Below, one piece after another: positions 61,009 to 64,000 of a stretch of 64,000 nucleotides of DNA. This DNA is from Acidobacteriota bacterium (GTDB taxonomy: Bacteria > Acidobacteriota > Vicinamibacteria > Vicinamibacterales > CAVVIG01). The notes under the pieces were generated by a model. That model saw nothing but the letters and a program-made list of their open reading frames with translations. It made no database searches and was not told where the DNA came from. Both the position numbers and the translations under genes were made by a program. The stretch lies in assembly GCA_017883165.1 (NCBI GenBank), contig JADGOC010000001.1:3252-67251 (forward strand). Direction: 5' to 3'. Numbering within the stretch: position 1 is the stretch's first letter; every line of letters begins with the position of its first letter.

Positions 61009-61010
61009 CC

Positions 61011-61550
61011 TCAGCGTTCGCCGAACACCTCCGCCTCGAACTTCCACACCGTCGCGCCCTGCTTCCACGCGTCGCGTGGAAGCCCGGCCTTGTGGCACGT
61101 CTGCGCGAGAAACATCACGCGATCCCAACCCCACTCCGGCGCCACCTGCGGCAGCAGCAGGCCACGATGCCGGCCCAGTTCGACGACGAGGCCGTCACGG
61201 CCGACCTCGATGTCGTCCGGCGTCATGACCGGCTCGAGCGGGCCGAGGAGCGACAGCTCGATCTCGAGTTCCGGCAGCTCCGACGCGCCAACCGGCGGAA
61301 AGCGCGGGTCGGCGCTGGCCGCCGCCACCGCGCCGCGCGCGATCACGCGGCCGAGCGGCTCGTCGGCCTCGATGTGACCGATGCAGCCGCGCAGCTCGCC
61401 GTGGCGATGGAGGGTGACGAATGCCGCGCCAGGCTCGTTCGCGTGCGGACACACGCCGGTCGCGGGCGCCGCGGCGCCGGTCACGTGCGCGACGATCGCA
61501 TCGCGCGCAAGCTGCAGCAGCAATCTCCGATCGGTGTCGCTGGTCATCAC
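61011..61550 (-). CDS. AMMECR1-domain protein (AmmeMemoRadiSam system protein A)
   Basis: The product contains ...GAAFVTLHRHGELRGCIGHIE and ...GRHRGLLLPQV. Confidence 0.85.
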   Translation of the reverse strand: MMTSDTDRRLLLQLARDAIVAHVTGAAAPATGVCPHANEPGAAFVTLHRHGELRGCIGHIEADEPLGRVIARGAVAAASADPRFPPVGASELPELEIELSLLGPLEPVMTPDDIEVGRDGLVVELGRHRGLLLPQVAPEWGWDRVMFLAQTCHKAGLPRDAWKQGATVWKFEAEVFGER

Positions 61551-61559
61551 TCCGCGATT

Positions 61560-62399
61560 TCAGCGGCCTCCGCGGTTGCCTTCAAACGTGCCGAACGCGG
61601 CCGCGAGATACCCGACCACCGCTGACTTGTCGCCCGACACGTCGCCCGAATCGGCGTAGTCGAGCACCACGGCGTCTCGGGCGCCACGCAGCTTCGCCGC
61701 GCGCATCACCGCCACGAGCGGACCGCCGCCGCACGCGTGCTCCGGCTGGAGGTCGAGCGCGCGCTGCAGACCATCGGCGTCGAAGCGCGTCACGTGATCG
61801 ATGACGACGGCGTCGAGCCGCGAGGCGGTGGCGGCATCATGATAGTGGGAGAGATCGGTGCTTGCGATGAGGAGCGCCTTCCGGCCGTCGAGCGCGACGG
61901 CAAGCGCGTCGCCGAGCGCGCGCGCGGTCTCCGCCGTCTGATAGCCCATCAACAGCGGGAGGATCTTCGCGTCCGGCGCGACACGCTGCAGGAACGGGAG
62001 CTGCATCTCGAGCGAATGTTCGCGCGCATGGGCGCCGGGGTGATCGCGAAAGATGGGCGACGCGGCGCGCAACGCTTCGGCGCACGCCTCGTCGATCGGC
62101 GCGACGCCAAGCGGCGTCTCGAAGCCGCCGGCGCGATACATGGCCACACCGTCGAAGCCGACGAAATGCGACGGCCCCACGAGCACCGCGACATCGAACG
62201 ACCGATCGCGCAGCAGCCGATAGGCGTACGCCGCGACCGGCCCCGAATACATCAACCCGGCGTGGGGCGCGACCAGCGCCATCAGATCGCCGCCGACCTC
62301 GCGCGTCGCCAGGGCCAGATGACGATCGACCGCCGCGGCCAGCGCCGGCGCGGTGCCGGGATACCAGCTCCCCGCGACGGCCGCTCGGCGGATCGGCAT
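61560..62399 (-). CDS. Memo-like protein (AmmeMemoRadiSam system protein B)
   Basis: The internal ATG at 62399 gives MPIRRAAVAGSWYPG.... Further motifs are APHAGLMYSG, ...EHSLEMQLPFL and ...STDLSHY. Confidence 0.85.
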   Translation of the reverse strand: MPIRRAAVAGSWYPGTAPALAAAVDRHLALATREVGGDLMALVAPHAGLMYSGPVAAYAYRLLRDRSFDVAVLVGPSHFVGFDGVAMYRAGGFETPLGVAPIDEACAEALRAASPIFRDHPGAHAREHSLEMQLPFLQRVAPDAKILPLLMGYQTAETARALGDALAVALDGRKALLIASTDLSHYHDAATASRLDAVVIDHVTRFDADGLQRALDLQPEHACGGGPLVAVMRAAKLRGARDAVVLDYADSGDVSGDKSAVVGYLAAAFGTFEGNRGGR

Positions 62400-62421
62400 A
62401 GCGGAAATGGTAGCATTTGCC

Positions 62422-62730
62422 ATGCCCGCCGGAGTGACCCGCGCGCAGGTCGAAGCGATCGCCGCGCTGGCCCAGCTCGATCTCGATCCGTCCGAGGTGG
62501 AACTCTTCACCCGGCAGCTCTGCGACATCCTCGCGTACGTGGATGAGCTCCAGCAGGTCGACACGAGCGGCGTGCCGCCCACCTCGCACGTCGCCCCGGG
62601 CGGCGCGTCCGATCGGCCCGACGAGGTCCGTCCCTCGCTCGATCCGCCTGATGCGCTCGCCAACGCGCCCGATGCGGCGCGCGAGACGCCGCTCGGTTCC
62701 TTCTTCAAGGTGCCGCGAGTCCTCGGATGA
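62422..62730 (+). CDS. gatC: Asp/Glu-tRNA amidotransferase subunit C
   Basis: MPAGVTRAQVEAIAALAQLDLDPSEVELFTRQLCDILAYVDELQQVDTSGV is canonical GatC. Confidence 0.9.
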   Translation: MPAGVTRAQVEAIAALAQLDLDPSEVELFTRQLCDILAYVDELQQVDTSGVPPTSHVAPGGASDRPDEVRPSLDPPDALANAPDAARETPLGSFFKVPRVLG

Positions 62731-64000
62731 CCACGCCGGCCCCGTCAGCCACCATTCGCGACCTGCGGGAGAGCGTGCGGAGCGGGGCGCGCTCGGCGGT
62801 GGAGATCTGCCGCGAGACGCTCGCGCGCGTCAGGGCGTCGGACCCGGCCCTTCACGCGTTTCACACCGTCACCGCCGACCGCGCATTGGCGCGCGCGGCG
62901 GACCTCGATCGCGATCGCGATCGCTGGCGCGACGCGCCGCTCACCGGCGTCCCGGTGGCGATCAAAGACAATCTGTGCACGCGCGGCGTCAGGACGACGG
63001 CGGCGTCGAAGATGCTCGAAACGTTCGTGCCGCCGTACGACGCCACGGCGGTGGCGCGGCTCGAGCGTGCGGGTGCGGTCATGATCGGCAAGACCAATTG
63101 CGACGAGTTCGCGATGGGCTCGTCCACGGAGAACTCCGCCTTCGGGCCGACGCGCAATCCGTGGGCGCTCGACCGCACGCCCGGCGGATCGAGCGGCGGA
63201 TCGGCGGCGGCCGTCGCCGCGCGTCTGGCGCCGCTCGCGCTCGGTTCTGATACCGGCGGTTCCATCCGCCAGCCGGCCGCGCTCTGCGGCATCGTCGGCC
63301 TCAAACCGACGTATGGGCGGGTGTCGCGCTACGGACTACTCGCCTTCGCGTCATCGCTCGATCAGATCGGATCGCTGACGCTGACGGTGCACGACGCGGC
63401 GATCGCGTTGAACGTCATCGCCGGCGCCGATCCCGCCGACGCGACCAGCGCGCCGGACCCGGTGCCGGATTACACCGCCGCGCTGACGGGCGACATCCGC
63501 GGGGCGCGGATCGGCGTGCCGTCGCGGCTGCTCGAGAACGGCCCCGGCGGCCCTGACGGCATCGACCGTGAAGTGGCCGGCGCCTTTCGCACCGCGCTCG
63601 ACGCGTTCGCCTCGCGCGGCGCGACGCTCGTCGACGTCGATCTGCCGCACGCCAGGCACGCGGTCGCGGTGTACTATCTCGTCGCGACCGCGGAAGCCAG
63701 CTCGAACCTGGCGCGCTACGACGGCGTGCGCTACGGGTTTCGCGCGCCGTTCGATCGGCATGACGATGCGCTGGGATCGATGTACGCGCGGACGCGCGCC
63801 GGCGGGTTCGGGCCCGAGGTGAAGCGGCGCATCATGCTCGGCACCTACGTGCTGAGCGCCGGCTACTACGAGGCGTACTATCTGAAGGCACAGCAGGTGC
63901 GCACCTTGATTGCGCGCGATTACGAGCGCGCATTCGAGCGCGTGGACGCCGTCGCCATGCCGACCAGCCCGACGCCGGCGTTCCCGATCGGCGAGCGCGT
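62727..64000 (+). CDS. gatA: Asp/Glu-tRNA amidotransferase subunit A (partial; continues beyond the window end)
   Basis: My own translation from the ATG at 62727 (ATGA overlap with gatC) contains ...GVPVAIKDNLCTRG, ...GKTNCDEFAMGSSTENS and ...GGSSGGSAAAVAA...GSDTGGSIRQPA. This is the amidase signature. Confidence 0.9.
   Translation, partial: MTTPAPSATIRDLRESVRSGARSAVEICRETLARVRASDPALHAFHTVTADRALARAADLDRDRDRWRDAPLTGVPVAIKDNLCTRGVRTTAASKMLETFVPPYDATAVARLERAGAVMIGKTNCDEFAMGSSTENSAFGPTRNPWALDRTPGGSSGGSAAAVAARLAPLALGSDTGGSIRQPAALCGIVGLKPTYGRVSRYGLLAFASSLDQIGSLTLTVHDAAIALNVIAGADPADATSAPDPVPDYTAALTGDIRGARIGVPSRLLENGPGGPDGIDREVAGAFRTALDAFASRGATLVDVDLPHARHAVAVYYLVATAEASSNLARYDGVRYGFRAPFDRHDDALGSMYARTRAGGFGPEVKRRIMLGTYVLSAGYYEAYYLKAQQVRTLIARDYERAFERVDAVAMPTSPTPAFPIGER

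Overview
This is a visibly high-GC, tightly packed chromosomal segment with about 55 protein genes. I found no rRNA, tRNA, CRISPR array, intact IS element or prophage by eye. The gene content suggests a soil bacterium of the Acidobacteriota type: many secreted M28/M16 peptidases, a PadR regulator next to an ABC exporter, multi-PAS hybrid kinases and CACAGAG-type genomic repeats. That taxonomic guess is inference only.

Main blocks:
- An RND efflux operon (adaptor, pump, TolC-like protein running off the left edge).
- A WYL regulator, amidohydrolase and HAD hydrolase with overlapping reading frames.
- A hybrid PAS histidine kinase.
- PadR plus an MsbA-like ABC exporter.
- cydAB followed by two cupin-like genes, one apparently frameshifted.
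- A DsbA-like lipoprotein.
- A minus-strand run of Zn-ADH, tetraheme cytochrome c, TPR lipoprotein, typA/bipA and rhomboid.
- An FmdB zinc ribbon and an MFS transporter.
- Two more M28 peptidases.
- A second RND pair.
- An M49-like peptidase overlapping copA.
- A PQQ sugar dehydrogenase, yqgE, queG and acnA.
- amt followed by a small AT-richer islet.
- A 7-gene minus-strand run: lpxD, a beta-barrel-like protein, two M16 peptidases, lpxB and an osmoprotectant-type ABC importer.
- mgtC, an S1/P1-type nuclease, a YdjM-like hydrolase and nfo.
- An AMMECR1/Memo pair.
- gatC and gatA (partial at the right edge).

I could not identify a clear-cut, self-evidently novel multi-gene system. The best leads are:
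1. The AT-richer islet after amt. It carries an orphan ORF that I recall resembling GvpU, plus a response-regulator stub.
2. A repeat element that supplies the start region and signal-peptide core of two unrelated secreted proteins.
3. The unusual lpxD...lpxB operon, interrupted by a beta-barrel-like protein and an M16 pair and continuing into an ABC importer.
4. A His/Met-rich mini-ORF made of 9-bp tandem repeats that overlaps the cydA start.
5. The WYL-headed overlapping operon, divergent from an RND operon that has a perfect palindrome.

All calls come from reading the translations and the sequence by hand. No searches or computations were run.
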